Made by a program: the position numbers and the translations under genes. Positions 7,985 to 18,799 of a stretch of DNA of 64,000 nucleotides are shown here, one piece after another. The DNA comes from Deltaproteobacteria bacterium. Lineage in GTDB: Bacteria; Desulfobacterota; Dissulfuribacteria; Dissulfuribacterales; QOAL01. Under the pieces are notes generated by a model that searched no databases, was not told where the DNA came from, and saw nothing but the letters and a program-made list of their open reading frames with translations. The number at the start of each line of letters is the position of its first letter. Within the stretch, counting starts at the first letter, position 1. The stretch is taken from positions 30,223-94,222 of the forward strand of contig JALSNW010000024.1 of NCBI GenBank assembly GCA_026986785.1, in the 5' to 3' direction.

Positions 7985-9202
7985 TCAGCTCTTTGCCCCC
8001 AGATCCATTGGCGTTCCTGTTGCCTTGTCCAGCATGGAAGAGGCAAGGGCTGCAGCTCTTTTGGCAGCACCCGGATCACCGAGAGACCTTACAACCTCTT
8101 CCAGGCCAGAGATCATCTTCTCACGAGCCCTATGATCTTCAAGCAAATCCTTAGCGGTTTCAGAAAGATATTCTGGGCTGGCATTGTCTTGCAAAAACTC
8201 GGGGACCACCTCTCTACCCGCGATGAGGTTCACCAGGCTCACCCAATCCACCTTTACCAGTTTCTTGCCAAGTTGATAAGAGAGTGGTGAGACCTTGTAG
8301 GTAACGATCATTGGTACCCTTAAGATTGCAGCCTCCAAGGTCACCGTACCTGAAGCAGCAACAATGAGCTCTGATGCAGACATCGCCTCGTAGGCTTGCC
8401 CCTCTACAAGATATATTTCAGGCCCTGTCGATGCATTAAAACCCTCGATCTTTCTTTTGAGAAGGCTCAATGTGGTATCCTGGAGACCAGGGGCTATAGG
8501 CAAACAAAACCACAAGCCGGGGACCTTGTTTGAGAGCATGACCACCGTCTCCAAAAAAAGCTCTATGTGTCTTTTTATCTCCCCTGCCCTGCTGCCTGGA
8601 AGTAAACATACGAGTCTTCTGGATGGAGGGATATCAAATTGAGAAAAAAACTCATCCCTTTTCATCCTTGTCTTTACGGAATCCAACAAGGGATGCCCCA
8701 CAAATTCCACGTCCATGCCGTGACGCCTATAGAAATCCTTCTCAAAAGGTAGAATGACTGCCATCTTGTCCACCAACCTCTTGATCCTCTTTACCCTCTT
8801 CTGCCTCCACGCCCAAATCTGGGGACTTATGTAGTAAAAGACAGGTATGCCAAGGGCCTTGGCCTTTCGGGCCACCAAGAGATTGAATTCTGGAAAATCA
8901 ACCAATATCAAGAGATTTGGCCTGACGTTCGACAGCCAGCGAGTGATCTTCTTATATGCACTCAGGATGGGCCTGAGATGATTGAATACCTCTGTTATAC
9001 CCACAACTGAGAGTTCCGAACTCTTTACAAGGATCCGTGTACCAGCCTGCTCGAGCCTTTCACCACCCACTGCCCATACATGTAGATTGGGCCTCAGCCC
9101 CTTCAGTTCATTCACCAGGGCTGCAGCATGTTGATCTCCAGAGGCCTCACCTGCCAATACCAGGACATTGTCACAGGACATCGGATATGCCAGCAGATGC
9201 AA
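7985..9202 (-). CDS. lpxB: Lipid-A-disaccharide synthase (LpxB)
   Basis: The N-terminus VLVLAGEASGDQHAAALVNELK and the overall length are typical of LpxB. The true start may be the internal M at 9181. Confidence 0.9.
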   Translation of the reverse strand: MHLLAYPMSCDNVLVLAGEASGDQHAAALVNELKGLRPNLHVWAVGGERLEQAGTRILVKSSELSVVGITEVFNHLRPILSAYKKITRWLSNVRPNLLILVDFPEFNLLVARKAKALGIPVFYYISPQIWAWRQKRVKRIKRLVDKMAVILPFEKDFYRRHGMDVEFVGHPLLDSVKTRMKRDEFFSQFDIPPSRRLVCLLPGSRAGEIKRHIELFLETVVMLSNKVPGLWFCLPIAPGLQDTTLSLLKRKIEGFNASTGPEIYLVEGQAYEAMSASELIVAASGTVTLEAAILRVPMIVTYKVSPLSYQLGKKLVKVDWVSLVNLIAGREVVPEFLQDNASPEYLSETAKDLLEDHRAREKMISGLEEVVRSLGDPGAAKRAAALASSMLDKATGTPMDLGAKS

Positions 9203-10127
9203 GCCCCTTGGCTATGGCCTCGTTTATATCAAGGGCAAGACAAAGCGCCTGAAAACCTGCTTCCCCGTCCACTTTTGGCCGTAGCCCCTCCCTGACAGAA
9301 CGGACGAAGTCCCTGAGCTCCATATCCAATATGTCAACCTGTTCATGCGTGAGGAATTCTGGCCTTATGGAAGAGGCTGGATTCTGGGCATTCCGTTCTG
9401 CAGTCACGACCAAGTTGTTTTTCTGGCTGCAATCGGCCGATATATAACATCCTGGCTGAAAAACCCTTATTCGCCTGAGATCCTTCAAGGAAATCCTACT
9501 GGCAGTAAGATTTGCAGTACAACCATTTTCAAAAATGATCCGCACGTTGGCGATATCTATACGGGAAGTGAGAACTGGTACCCCTGCAGCCTTGATCTCC
9601 TGAACCGGGGATTTCACAAGGGCAAGGACGATGTCTATGTCGTGAATCATCAAATCCAGTACTACATCCACATCTATTGCCCTTTCCTTGAAACCGCTCA
9701 ACCTGTGGGCCTCGATAAATAGGGGTCTGGTAACCCTTTCCTCAAGTGTAACTATGGCGGGATTGTATCTTTCAAGATGGCCTACTTGGAGTAAGACTCC
9801 ATATTTCTCAGCAAGCCCAATGAGATCAGAGGCCTCCTGCCTGGTGGTGGTCATGGGCTTTTCCAAAAGGATATGGATTCTATTTTCCAGTAGCCGCCTC
9901 GCAACCTGATGATGGACAGTGGTTGGGACAACCACCGAAGCGATTTCTATCTTGTCCAAGATATCCTCAATATTGGTAAAGGCCTTGGCATCCACTTCTG
10001 ATGCCACCTTCCCCGCACGTTCACGGTCTATATCGACAACAGCCACCAATTCCACATCTTCCATGGCAGCATATTTCTGCGCATGAAACCTACCCAGATA
10101 CCCTGCTCCTATTACTGCAGCCTTCAT
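9171..10127 (-). CDS. Gfo/Idh/MocA-family NAD(P)-dependent oxidoreductase embedded in the lipid A cluster
   Basis: N-terminal Rossmann motif MKAAVIGAGYLGRFH and the EKP motif (LLEKPM). Confidence 0.8.
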   Translation of the reverse strand: MKAAVIGAGYLGRFHAQKYAAMEDVELVAVVDIDRERAGKVASEVDAKAFTNIEDILDKIEIASVVVPTTVHHQVARRLLENRIHILLEKPMTTTRQEASDLIGLAEKYGVLLQVGHLERYNPAIVTLEERVTRPLFIEAHRLSGFKERAIDVDVVLDLMIHDIDIVLALVKSPVQEIKAAGVPVLTSRIDIANVRIIFENGCTANLTASRISLKDLRRIRVFQPGCYISADCSQKNNLVVTAERNAQNPASSIRPEFLTHEQVDILDMELRDFVRSVREGLRPKVDGEAGFQALCLALDINEAIAKGLASAGISDVL

Positions 10128-10150
10128 CTGTCTGATTCTTCCATGTCTTC

Positions 10151-10981
10151 TTACGATTCTACACCAATGATTACAATCCCATACCTATCGGCCAATTCGA
10201 TGGTCTCTTCCCTGTCAAAAAGTAGTGAGCGACCAGCCTCAGCCGCCAACACCCTTGCACCAGATTCTATCATGGTTTCCACAGTCTTTGTACCAAGGGC
10301 AGGCAGATCGAATCTCGTATCCTGACCAGGCTTGCAAACCTTGACCACTACAGAACCCTTTCCTCCGAGACGCCCCCCACGCCTGATGGTCTCGTCAGTA
10401 CCTTCTATAGCCTCTACAGCCAACACCGCACCATCCTTCACCACTACACACTGTCCTATATCCAACCGCCCTATATGTCTGGCAATGCCAAGACCGAAAT
10501 GGATGTCTTTCTCTTCCTGTCTCGAAGGCGCCCTTTTGGTCAGGATACCTGATGGGAAAAGCATATCCTTCAACAAGCCGGTGTAAGAAAGCACCCTGAT
10601 CCCCTCGTCTTCCAATTCCTGAGCCACTGCCCTCAGGATCCCATCATCCAAGTGTCCATCCAGCCGGTTCCATAGGGACAGTGCCCTTAGATCCGGACGT
10701 ATGTCGAAAAAGATCCTGGTCTTGGTTATCGTGCCAGCAAAAACAGCAGCATTCACGCCGTTTTCTTTGAAGAAGGAGATGAGTTTATTCAACTGCCCAA
10801 GCCTCAACCACTTGACAGAGAAACAACAACTTTCAATGGATGTGTCTGTCTCACCCTTGTGGGCTATTGCAAATACCTTGTATCCTCTCTCGGTCGCAGA
10901 ACGAGCAATTAGAAGAGGTAGCTGTCCGCCCCCGGAGACAAGGCCCAAAGAGCTACCTGGCTCTAATGTGAATTGTTCCAT
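10151..10981 (-). CDS. lpxI: UDP-2,3-diacylglucosamine diphosphatase LpxI (DUF1009)
   Basis: The N-terminus LGLVSGGGQLPLLIA and its position between lpxA and lpxB are typical of LpxI. Confidence 0.8.
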   Translation of the reverse strand: MEQFTLEPGSSLGLVSGGGQLPLLIARSATERGYKVFAIAHKGETDTSIESCCFSVKWLRLGQLNKLISFFKENGVNAAVFAGTITKTRIFFDIRPDLRALSLWNRLDGHLDDGILRAVAQELEDEGIRVLSYTGLLKDMLFPSGILTKRAPSRQEEKDIHFGLGIARHIGRLDIGQCVVVKDGAVLAVEAIEGTDETIRRGGRLGGKGSVVVKVCKPGQDTRFDLPALGTKTVETMIESGARVLAAEAGRSLLFDREETIELADRYGIVIIGVES

Positions 10982-11778
10982 TCCCCTGAAGGTACACCAC
11001 GCTTTGATTTTCTGATGAAATCCGTAAATTGGGTTACTTCGGCAACATCTGGATAGGCCTCTTCGGCCAGGTCAAGCCCCTCGGTTATGGTGGCGGCCTT
11101 GGCAAAGACGATCCTATATGCCTCCCTGAGGGCCTCTATAGTCTCCTTGGAAAATCCTGCCCTCTTCAGGCCCAAGACATTTATGCCAAAAAGATTGGCC
11201 CGTTGGCCTTGGTATTTGACAAATGGAGGGATGTCCTTGTTGGCGCCTGACATACCACCGAGGAATGCATAACGTCCGATCCTGCAAAATTGATGGATGG
11301 CAGAAAGCCCGCCTATAACAGCATGATCACCTACTTCCACATGCCCCCCGAGGGTTGCCACATTGGCCATTATGACCTGGTCTCCTATCTGGCAATCATG
11401 TGCAATGTGGGAATAGGCCATGATCATACACCTGGTGCCAATCCTTGTGGTTCCCCCTCCCTTTGGAGTGCCCCTGTGTATGGTGACCGATTCCCTGATA
11501 ATGGTATCGTCTCCAATGATCAGGCCAGTCCTTTCGCCCTTGTATGTAATATCCTGTGGTGCTGCGCCAATAGAGGCAAACTGGAATATCTGGCAGTTCC
11601 TCCCTATCTCCGTAACCCCCTCAATAACTACATGAGGAGCTATCCGACAGCCATCGCCAATAGAAACATCCGGGCCTATTATGGCATAAGGTCCAACAAA
11701 GACGTCTTCGCCGAGGCTTGCCGTCTCCTCTATTACTGCAGTGGGATGTACCCGGCAGGAATCTGGAATTTTCATCAT
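10963..11778 (-). CDS. lpxA: Acyl-ACP:UDP-GlcNAc O-acyltransferase (LpxA)
   Basis: Hexapeptide-repeat left-handed beta-helix followed by the LpxA C-terminal helical region, in a fabZ-lpxA context. Confidence 0.9.
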   Translation of the reverse strand: MMKIPDSCRVHPTAVIEETASLGEDVFVGPYAIIGPDVSIGDGCRIAPHVVIEGVTEIGRNCQIFQFASIGAAPQDITYKGERTGLIIGDDTIIRESVTIHRGTPKGGGTTRIGTRCMIMAYSHIAHDCQIGDQVIMANVATLGGHVEVGDHAVIGGLSAIHQFCRIGRYAFLGGMSGANKDIPPFVKYQGQRANLFGINVLGLKRAGFSKETIEALREAYRIVFAKAATITEGLDLAEEAYPDVAEVTQFTDFIRKSKRGVPSGEWNNSH

Positions 11779-11884
11779 CTATCACCTATAAAAATAATTT
11801 CTCTTTTTTCAGGAGGTCTTCAAAAGAAGTGGATGGCACGAGATTTTCAGCTCAGACCTGGTGCCTAATAACCTTCAAAGACAA

Positions 11885-12334
11885 TTATCTCTGGCTTGCG
11901 GCCATCAACGTGGCCTCTACTGCAGTCTTGCCATCTACCTGAGCAGCACCTGCCATCTTCCACAACATGCGTTTTCTCTTTATCAGATGGAGTTCTATGT
12001 CGAGCCGGTCCCCTGGGATGACTGGTTTTCGGAATCTAACGCCATCCATGCCGGCAAATACGAATAATTTGCCTGCCAGTTCATCCCCGGCAGTCTTTTG
12101 GGCGAATAGGATACCGAGCTGAGCCATGGCCTCGAGAATGAGAACTCCAGGCATTATGGGCTCTCCTGGAAAGTGGCCCTGGAAAAACGGCTCGTTGATA
12201 GTGACGTTTTTATAACCTCTTATATACTCGCCAGGCACCAACTCCGTCACCCTGTCTATGAGTAAAAATGGATATCTGTGGGGAAGAAGTCTTGTGATTT
12301 CATCTATCTGAAATCCTGAATTAGCTTTTTCCAT
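11885..12334 (-). CDS. fabZ: 3-hydroxyacyl-ACP dehydratase FabZ
   Basis: [13 protein letters not shown]...[16 protein letters not shown] is the FabZ signature. Confidence 0.93.
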   Translation of the reverse strand: MEKANSGFQIDEITRLLPHRYPFLLIDRVTELVPGEYIRGYKNVTINEPFFQGHFPGEPIMPGVLILEAMAQLGILFAQKTAGDELAGKLFVFAGMDGVRFRKPVIPGDRLDIELHLIKRKRMLWKMAGAAQVDGKTAVEATLMAASQR

Positions 12335-13355
12335 CTTCCAGTTTCTCCAGTCTTTTCTTCAGATCTCTCATATCTGTCACCATTTCAGGCAGCCGTTTGA
12401 GGGCATTAACCATGCGGAGCCACTTCCTATGGGGCATGGCAGGAGAACCAGAAACAGTCTCGCCTGGAGGCACTGAATGGGGGACACCAGACTTGGCACC
12501 AATCCTGGCCCCGTCTCCAATCTCTATATGGCCAACTATGCCCACCTGGCCACCCATCATTACTCCGGCCCCGATCTTGGTACTGCCTGAGATCCCAACT
12601 TGGCTCACAATGATAGTCTGTGGCCCAACAACCACGTTGTGGGCTATCATTACCAGGTTATCTATCTTCGCACCATCCATTATGATTGTCTTTCCAAAGG
12701 TTGCCCTGTCGATGGTGGTATTGGCACCGATCTCCACATTATCTCCTATCTCCACGATCCCGACCTGTGGGATCTTCACATGGCCTTCTGGCCCTTGGGC
12801 ATAGCCAAACCCATCAGCACCTATAACAACACCAGCATGGATACGGCAATCGTTCCCCAGGACACAGCCATCATATATGACAACATTGGGGAAAAGTACA
12901 GTTCCCTTGCCAATCGAGACCCCAGTTCCGAGGACAACGCCTGGATGGATGGTGACCTCTGGACCTATACTGACATTGTCTCCTATGCATACCCCTGCAG
13001 AGATAGTGACCCTTTTGTCTATCTGACAGCCCTCACCAACAGTAACAGAGGGATGAATACCTTTTGGTCTAAAAGGCCTTTCTGCAAAGAAAGATGCTAT
13101 CCTTGCAAAGGCCAGATAGGGATCTTTCACCAGGATCCTTGGCCTCTTCTCGTCAAAGGGCCAATCCTGTGGCAGGATAAGTGCGCCTGCCTTGGTTGAG
13201 GCAACAAGCCTGGCTGCCCTCTTGTCAACTGCAAAACTTATGTCTTTTTCACCAGCATCTGTGAGAGAGGCAATGCCCTGAATGACAATGTCCTTGTCAC
13301 CTTCTATGGTACCATCCACCAATCTGGCCAATTCCTCAAGGCTAAAAGCTTTCAT
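12321..13355 (-). CDS. lpxD: UDP-3-O-acylglucosamine N-acyltransferase (LpxD)
   Basis: LpxD N-terminal domain plus a long hexapeptide-repeat region, upstream of fabZ. Confidence 0.9.
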   Translation of the reverse strand: MKAFSLEELARLVDGTIEGDKDIVIQGIASLTDAGEKDISFAVDKRAARLVASTKAGALILPQDWPFDEKRPRILVKDPYLAFARIASFFAERPFRPKGIHPSVTVGEGCQIDKRVTISAGVCIGDNVSIGPEVTIHPGVVLGTGVSIGKGTVLFPNVVIYDGCVLGNDCRIHAGVVIGADGFGYAQGPEGHVKIPQVGIVEIGDNVEIGANTTIDRATFGKTIIMDGAKIDNLVMIAHNVVVGPQTIIVSQVGISGSTKIGAGVMMGGQVGIVGHIEIGDGARIGAKSGVPHSVPPGETVSGSPAMPHRKWLRMVNALKRLPEMVTDMRDLKKRLEKLEDGKS

Positions 13356-13361
13356 GACGGC

Positions 13362-16118
13362 TTAGAAATTCCCCCCCATGCGAAACTCCCAGTTGCTCTT
13401 GTCGTCATCGGGTTCTCTCTGGACGTTGTACCCCCATTCCACCCGAAGTGGGCCCATTGGGGAAAGCCATCTGACCCCTCCTCCCAATGACATCCTCAGG
13501 TTCCCGATATCGAGATTGTCCTTGGACCAGACATTTCCCATGTCATAGAATACCACCCCATTGAGTCCCATATTCTTGATCAGGGGGAAGATCATCTCCG
13601 TCTGCATGTAACCCATGTACTCACCACCGATACGCTCGTCAGTTTCAGGGTCCCTGGGGCTTACATCGCCATATTTGAAGCCTCGTATGGAATCGAGTCC
13701 CCCGAGGAAAAAACGGTCATATACAGGCAGTTTGCCACCTGAGCCCTCAAACACATAACCGGCACCCAATTTGGCATGACCTACGATATCCTTCCATATG
13801 GTATGATAATAACCTGCGGTCGCCTGAAACTTGACATAGGCCGCATCCCCTCCAAGGAGGCCACCAGCGTACTCCACACCGAAATCGCTCTTCCAACCCC
13901 TGCTGGGATTGAAGTAGCGATTTCTGGAATCATAGGAAAGGCCAGCGTTCAAGGACCTTGTTGACTTGATATCCAGGGAGTCGCGAATTATCACAGAGGT
14001 ATTGTCGCTAATATCTGAAAGGTCGGTATAATCTGCCCTGAACCCGAAAAAGTACCTGAGATTGTCTGTGAGGGGATAACCAAACCTCAGGGCTCCACCG
14101 GTGCTGTCTTTGGTATAATCTGTGTAGTCATAGCGCCAATTGTAGATATCCACACCGAATGAAAATCTCGTATCCCTGAAATATGGCTCGAAAAAACTGA
14201 GGGAAAATCTCTGTGTGCTCCCCCCGAGTATCCCCTTGAAACTCAAAGTCTGCCCCTTGCCGAGAAAATTTCTCTGGCTTATCTCCCCCATCAACATGAG
14301 ACTGTCCACGGAACTATAGCCAGCACCGATACTGAAGGTACCGGTAGGCCTCTCCTTGACCTTCACGTCAAGATCCATGTGTTTTTCGTCCTTGCCCGGC
14401 TTCGGAGTGATCTCCACATCCTCGAAGTATCCCAGCCTCCTTAGACGATCGTTGCTCTTTTTGAGTCCGGTGGCAGAAAATGGCTCAAGCTCCATGACCC
14501 TGAGTTCACGACGTATGACCTTATCTCTTGTACGGGTGTTTCCAGCAATGGAAATACGATCGAAGTAGACCTTCGGTCCCCTATGCACGACCAAGAGGAT
14601 ATTTACTGCCTTCTTCTCTGGATCCTTGGTAATAGTAGGGGTTATAGTGCAGTGGGCAAAACCAAAGTCTGAATACTTATTGGTGAGGTTCATGATATCT
14701 TTTCTAAGGACTTCTTGGCTGAAATAGTCCTGTTTTTTGATCTCGAGATCAGAGAGCAATTCTTTCTCGTTCTTGAAGAAGTCCTGCTTGATCTCCACCT
14801 TACCAACCGAGTACCTGTCGCCTTCCATGATAGGGATGGTTATGTAGAGATCTGCTCCCTCTCTCTTCACCTTGGGCTCCCCTACCTTGGCATCAACGTA
14901 GCCATGATTGTGATAAAAAGCTGCTATCCTGCCAAGATCCCTTTCAAGTGCATCCCACTTGAGGACACCAGCATTGCCTTTGATTATGCTTACGATATTT
15001 CTGATGCTTGGGGTCCACCATGGTTTCTTTGCAGATACCTCCATGATACCAGTCAGATCATCTGCACTGAAGGCCTTCAGCCCTTGGAATTTGATGGCTT
15101 TGATATGTACCTTTTCCCCCTCGTTTATATCGAATACAACGTCCGCTGCCTGGGCAGAGACAGGCTTGATGGAAACGGTCACCGTTGTGCCCGCGTAACC
15201 CTTCTCGGCATAGAGTGCCTTTATCTTCTCTGCATTCTCTTGAAGAGCCTTTTCCTTTATGACTGAATAGGGCTTGAGGTCCATCACCTCTGAGAGCTTT
15301 TCATCCTTGATCTCATGATTACCCTCAAAGACAATCTTGCGAATGGCAGGCTTCTCCCTAACCATAAACGTTACAATCTTGCCTTCAGAAGTGTCTTCTA
15401 CGTCCACCTCTATATCGTCGAAGTAGCCCATATCGTAGACAGACTGAATATCTCGGGCTATCTTTGATGGATCGTATCTCTCACCTTTGGCTGTAGAGAT
15501 ATTCTGCAGGATGGCATCCGTGCCCACCCGCTTATTGCCTTCCACCTGTACCCTTGCTACGAGATAGGGGGTGAGGAACTTTTTCTCGATCCTCTCTCCA
15601 AGAAGGGTAACCAATTGTTTTGCCTTGTCCAATGGCCCCTGCACAAAGGCTATCTGCGGCTTCTTCTCTTTGGTGTCAGAACTTACGATAAAAAAATCAA
15701 GGCTTACCACCTTCCCCAAAACCGACACTGTGCCATAAATACCGTAGGTGGTATGCAGAGAGGCAATGAGAGTGCGTGCCTGGGCGGGGGTCTTTATTAT
15801 TTCACTGCTGGAGCTGACCACATTGCCTCGCGCCTCCATCTCCGAAAGCAAAAGCCTCTTGATCTCCCTTGCAACCACCTTTCTGTCTGGAGGTCCGATA
15901 TAGCCCAGATCAAAAACAGTAAGAGACACTGGAGGCTGCTGATCCCCATTGGCGATGTTACCCTGAGGATCCATGACGGCATAGCCTTTACCAGCTATGA
16001 GGATACAGAAAAGAAAAAAGACCAATTGCCAGACCACTTGGGACTTCATGGAGAGGGTGGGGAGATCTTGAGATCCCTCCGTCACATTCGATCCCTGGCC
16101 TCTTGACTGATTAATCAT
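13362..16118 (-). CDS. bamA: Outer membrane protein assembly factor BamA, with an extra N-terminal region
   Basis: POTRA-like repeats and a C-terminal Omp85 barrel ending ..WEFRMGGNF. The ATG at 16118 overlaps the lolD stop (ATGA). An alternative start at 16049 (MKSQVVWQLVFFLF..) gives a cleaner signal peptide. Confidence 0.88.
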   Translation of the reverse strand: MINQSRGQGSNVTEGSQDLPTLSMKSQVVWQLVFFLFCILIAGKGYAVMDPQGNIANGDQQPPVSLTVFDLGYIGPPDRKVVAREIKRLLLSEMEARGNVVSSSSEIIKTPAQARTLIASLHTTYGIYGTVSVLGKVVSLDFFIVSSDTKEKKPQIAFVQGPLDKAKQLVTLLGERIEKKFLTPYLVARVQVEGNKRVGTDAILQNISTAKGERYDPSKIARDIQSVYDMGYFDDIEVDVEDTSEGKIVTFMVREKPAIRKIVFEGNHEIKDEKLSEVMDLKPYSVIKEKALQENAEKIKALYAEKGYAGTTVTVSIKPVSAQAADVVFDINEGEKVHIKAIKFQGLKAFSADDLTGIMEVSAKKPWWTPSIRNIVSIIKGNAGVLKWDALERDLGRIAAFYHNHGYVDAKVGEPKVKREGADLYITIPIMEGDRYSVGKVEIKQDFFKNEKELLSDLEIKKQDYFSQEVLRKDIMNLTNKYSDFGFAHCTITPTITKDPEKKAVNILLVVHRGPKVYFDRISIAGNTRTRDKVIRRELRVMELEPFSATGLKKSNDRLRRLGYFEDVEITPKPGKDEKHMDLDVKVKERPTGTFSIGAGYSSVDSLMLMGEISQRNFLGKGQTLSFKGILGGSTQRFSLSFFEPYFRDTRFSFGVDIYNWRYDYTDYTKDSTGGALRFGYPLTDNLRYFFGFRADYTDLSDISDNTSVIIRDSLDIKSTRSLNAGLSYDSRNRYFNPSRGWKSDFGVEYAGGLLGGDAAYVKFQATAGYYHTIWKDIVGHAKLGAGYVFEGSGGKLPVYDRFFLGGLDSIRGFKYGDVSPRDPETDERIGGEYMGYMQTEMIFPLIKNMGLNGVVFYDMGNVWSKDNLDIGNLRMSLGGGVRWLSPMGPLRVEWGYNVQREPDDDKSNWEFRMGGNF

Positions 16119-16903
16119 GCTGCTTTTTCCATCACAAAATCTGCAAGCCTTTCCTTTTCGATGTCCAGGGTCTTGCCTGCCTTCAAGCCGATGCAGCGAT
16201 CGGTCCTGCGGGCAAGTTTGAGATTATGGGTCACTATGATAACAGTGGCATTAAAATGATCCTTCATCTTGAAAAGGAGATCAGCCACCTTCTGCCCACT
16301 CTTTTCATCCAGGTTACCTGTTGGTTCGTCAGCAAGGATCAGGCGTGGTTCCCTGACAAGGGCCCTTGCGAGGGCCACCCTCTGCTGTTCTCCCCCGGAA
16401 AGATGCTTCACGTTCTGTTGCATCTTGTCTTTCAGGCCAAGAAAATCCAGGAGCCACTCGGACATCTTCCTGGCCTCCGCCCTCCTTTGACCCGCCACCA
16501 GACAAGGCATCATCACATTCTCTATTGCGCTGAATTCTGCAAGGAGATGGTGAAACTGAAACACAAAACCTATCCTCCTGTTCCTAAACCAGGAAAGACG
16601 CTGATCAGACCACGAAAACACGTCCTCGCCAAAATGCAGGATCCGGCCATGGCTGGGACGATCGAGTGTACCTATGAGGTGCAAGAAAGTAGTCTTGCCA
16701 ACACCCGAGGCCCCTACTATGGCAACTGCCTCGTTTTCATAAATGGTACAAGACAACTGATCCAGTACGGCGATAGGTTTTCCGTCCGACTGATAGACCT
16801 TAGACAGGGCCTCAACAACCAAGGCCTCCCTTCTGTTTTGTTTCCCAGTTATGTCAAGTCCTCCTACCAGGCTAAAAGAGTTCAAGGGCTGCAAAAACGT
16901 CAA
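16115..16903 (-). CDS. lolD: ABC transporter ATP-binding protein, LolD-like
   Basis: Walker [10 protein letters not shown], signature [15 protein letters not shown] and Walker [13 protein letters not shown]. Confidence 0.7.
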   Translation of the reverse strand: MTFLQPLNSFSLVGGLDITGKQNRREALVVEALSKVYQSDGKPIAVLDQLSCTIYENEAVAIVGASGVGKTTFLHLIGTLDRPSHGRILHFGEDVFSWSDQRLSWFRNRRIGFVFQFHHLLAEFSAIENVMMPCLVAGQRRAEARKMSEWLLDFLGLKDKMQQNVKHLSGGEQQRVALARALVREPRLILADEPTGNLDEKSGQKVADLLFKMKDHFNATVIIVTHNLKLARRTDRCIGLKAGKTLDIEKERLADFVMEKAA

Positions 16904-17087
16904 GGCCCCAAGTCCTAAAACTTAGACCTCCTGGAACTGATAAAACATGTTGCCCACTGATAACAAATATGCCATCGCCAAGCAACCCAAATTATAGATA
17001 ACCAACAACAGAGAAAAAAATACCCTATAAATCAAGTAGATATCCTATATCAAAAGGGATGGTCCACGATTACGTCATTTGTCGGGC

Positions 17088-18791
17088 TCAGATATCCGGC
17101 ATATCCGAAAGTGCATCAGAGGCCCTTTCGAGCTTTTTCCTAATCCTTCTCTTGTCTTCCCCTTTTTTGGCATTCTTGAGTGCCTCCCTGTATTTTGCCA
17201 CTGCCTCTTCAAACATCTGCCTGGCCGAATAGGCATCGGCCAGATGTTCGGCAATTATTGGGTCGTCAGGGACAAGGGTGTTGGCCTTATTTAGATACGT
17301 GACCGCCTTTTCGAGACAGCCCTTTTTAAAATATACCCAGCCGAGACTATCCAGGATGTAGCCGTCATTTGGAGAAAGCCCCACAGCCTTCTTGACAAGC
17401 CTCTCTGCCTCGTCAAGATCCTTGTCGAGTTCTGCATAGGTATAACCTATATAATTGAGGGCTGGCACATAGTCTGGATCGAGTTTGAGGGCCTTTCGGG
17501 CGTATTTGATAGCCTTCTCTTTTTTGTTCATGGCGTCCAATGCCATAACCATGTTCATTATGAGCCCCTTGTTTTCTGGATGCTTATCAAGGCCTTTCTT
17601 TAACACTTTCACGGCATCCTTTTTCTTACCAAGCTCCTGGTAGATAGCGGAAAGTGCGGTTATCAGATGTACATCGCCAGGTTTTTTCCCAAGGGCATTT
17701 TTCAATATGGTCTCTGCCTTTATATTCCTTCCCTTTTTCATGAGGATCCTTGCCCTGTGGACAATTGCATCCACGCCAGGTTCGGAATCGAGAGGTATCT
17801 GCCCATAAAGCCTCAGGGCTTTCGAGGTCTTGTCTGTATACTCGTAGGCTATGGCCGTATAGAAGGCAAGATCGGGATTGTCGGGCAATTTGCTTCTCAA
17901 GGGCTCCAAAATCTCCAAGGCATCCTTTGGCATACCCAACTGAAGCAGAACCAAGGCTATCCTGAACTGGACATTTGTGTCCTTCTTGGAAAGCTGCTTC
18001 AATATCTTGATCTGCCTCATGGCCTCGTTTTTATCCCCCTTTTCCAGAAGCAAGAAAAGGAGTTTCTGACGGGCCTTGAGGTTGTTTTGTTGCCTCAGAA
18101 GAAGGGAGTGGTAGGTCTTTATGGCATCATCTGTCTTACCCTGTCTCTCGTAAACCTCCGCAAGCTCAAAGAGGGCCGGTGTGAAAAAACTGTTTTGCCT
18201 CACGGATTGTCTAAGATATTGCTCTGCTGCTGTGAGATCTCCCCTCTCCTTAGCTACCTTCCCCAAAAAATAATAGGCAGTAAAGGCCTTGGCCCCGCCA
18301 AGAGAAGCAGCCTTCTTCAGGCTCTTTTCAGCTTTATTCCACTGTTTTGACTCGGCATACAAAGTACCTGCCATCAAAAGGGCCTGTTGACTATCAGGTT
18401 CCTTTTTTAGGATCTGCTCTATGGCATCAATGGCATCCTTGATCTTGTCTTGCTGGATATAGATCCTGGCCATCAGAAGCAACAGGTCCTTGTTGTCAGG
18501 TTCCAACTCCAAGGCCAATTCTGTCCAGTGTTGGGCTTCACGAATCTTTCCAAGCTGAACAGCATTCTTTGAAAGCTCAGTCAGGATCTCAACGGAATTC
18601 TGATCGAGTTCATGAGCTGTTTGGAGCCACTTCTGGGCAGCCAGATAATTACCTCTCGAGATATCCATGAGCCCCATTACATAGGCAGCATAGGAATCGG
18701 CCATGGATTCCGAGATCTTGGCATTGCACTGAACAGACACTAAAAAAAACAATAACATCCATGAAAGCATGGAGAACAAAAATTTTTTCAT
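17088..18791 (-). CDS. Secreted TPR-repeat protein
   Basis: N-terminal signal peptide (MKKFLFSMLSWMLLFFLVSVQCNA) followed by many TPR-like repeats. Confidence 0.8.
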   Translation of the reverse strand: MKKFLFSMLSWMLLFFLVSVQCNAKISESMADSYAAYVMGLMDISRGNYLAAQKWLQTAHELDQNSVEILTELSKNAVQLGKIREAQHWTELALELEPDNKDLLLLMARIYIQQDKIKDAIDAIEQILKKEPDSQQALLMAGTLYAESKQWNKAEKSLKKAASLGGAKAFTAYYFLGKVAKERGDLTAAEQYLRQSVRQNSFFTPALFELAEVYERQGKTDDAIKTYHSLLLRQQNNLKARQKLLFLLLEKGDKNEAMRQIKILKQLSKKDTNVQFRIALVLLQLGMPKDALEILEPLRSKLPDNPDLAFYTAIAYEYTDKTSKALRLYGQIPLDSEPGVDAIVHRARILMKKGRNIKAETILKNALGKKPGDVHLITALSAIYQELGKKKDAVKVLKKGLDKHPENKGLIMNMVMALDAMNKKEKAIKYARKALKLDPDYVPALNYIGYTYAELDKDLDEAERLVKKAVGLSPNDGYILDSLGWVYFKKGCLEKAVTYLNKANTLVPDDPIIAEHLADAYSARQMFEEAVAKYREALKNAKKGEDKRRIRKKLERASDALSDMPDI

Positions 18792-18799
18792 GATCTCGT

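Noticed and set aside
12397-13199. Long plus-strand ORFs (135 and 199 aa) inside lpxD.
   Set aside because: They are antisense or alternate-frame artefacts of the hexapeptide-repeat region. The translations are low-complexity (P/T/I-rich) and fully overlapped by a confident gene.
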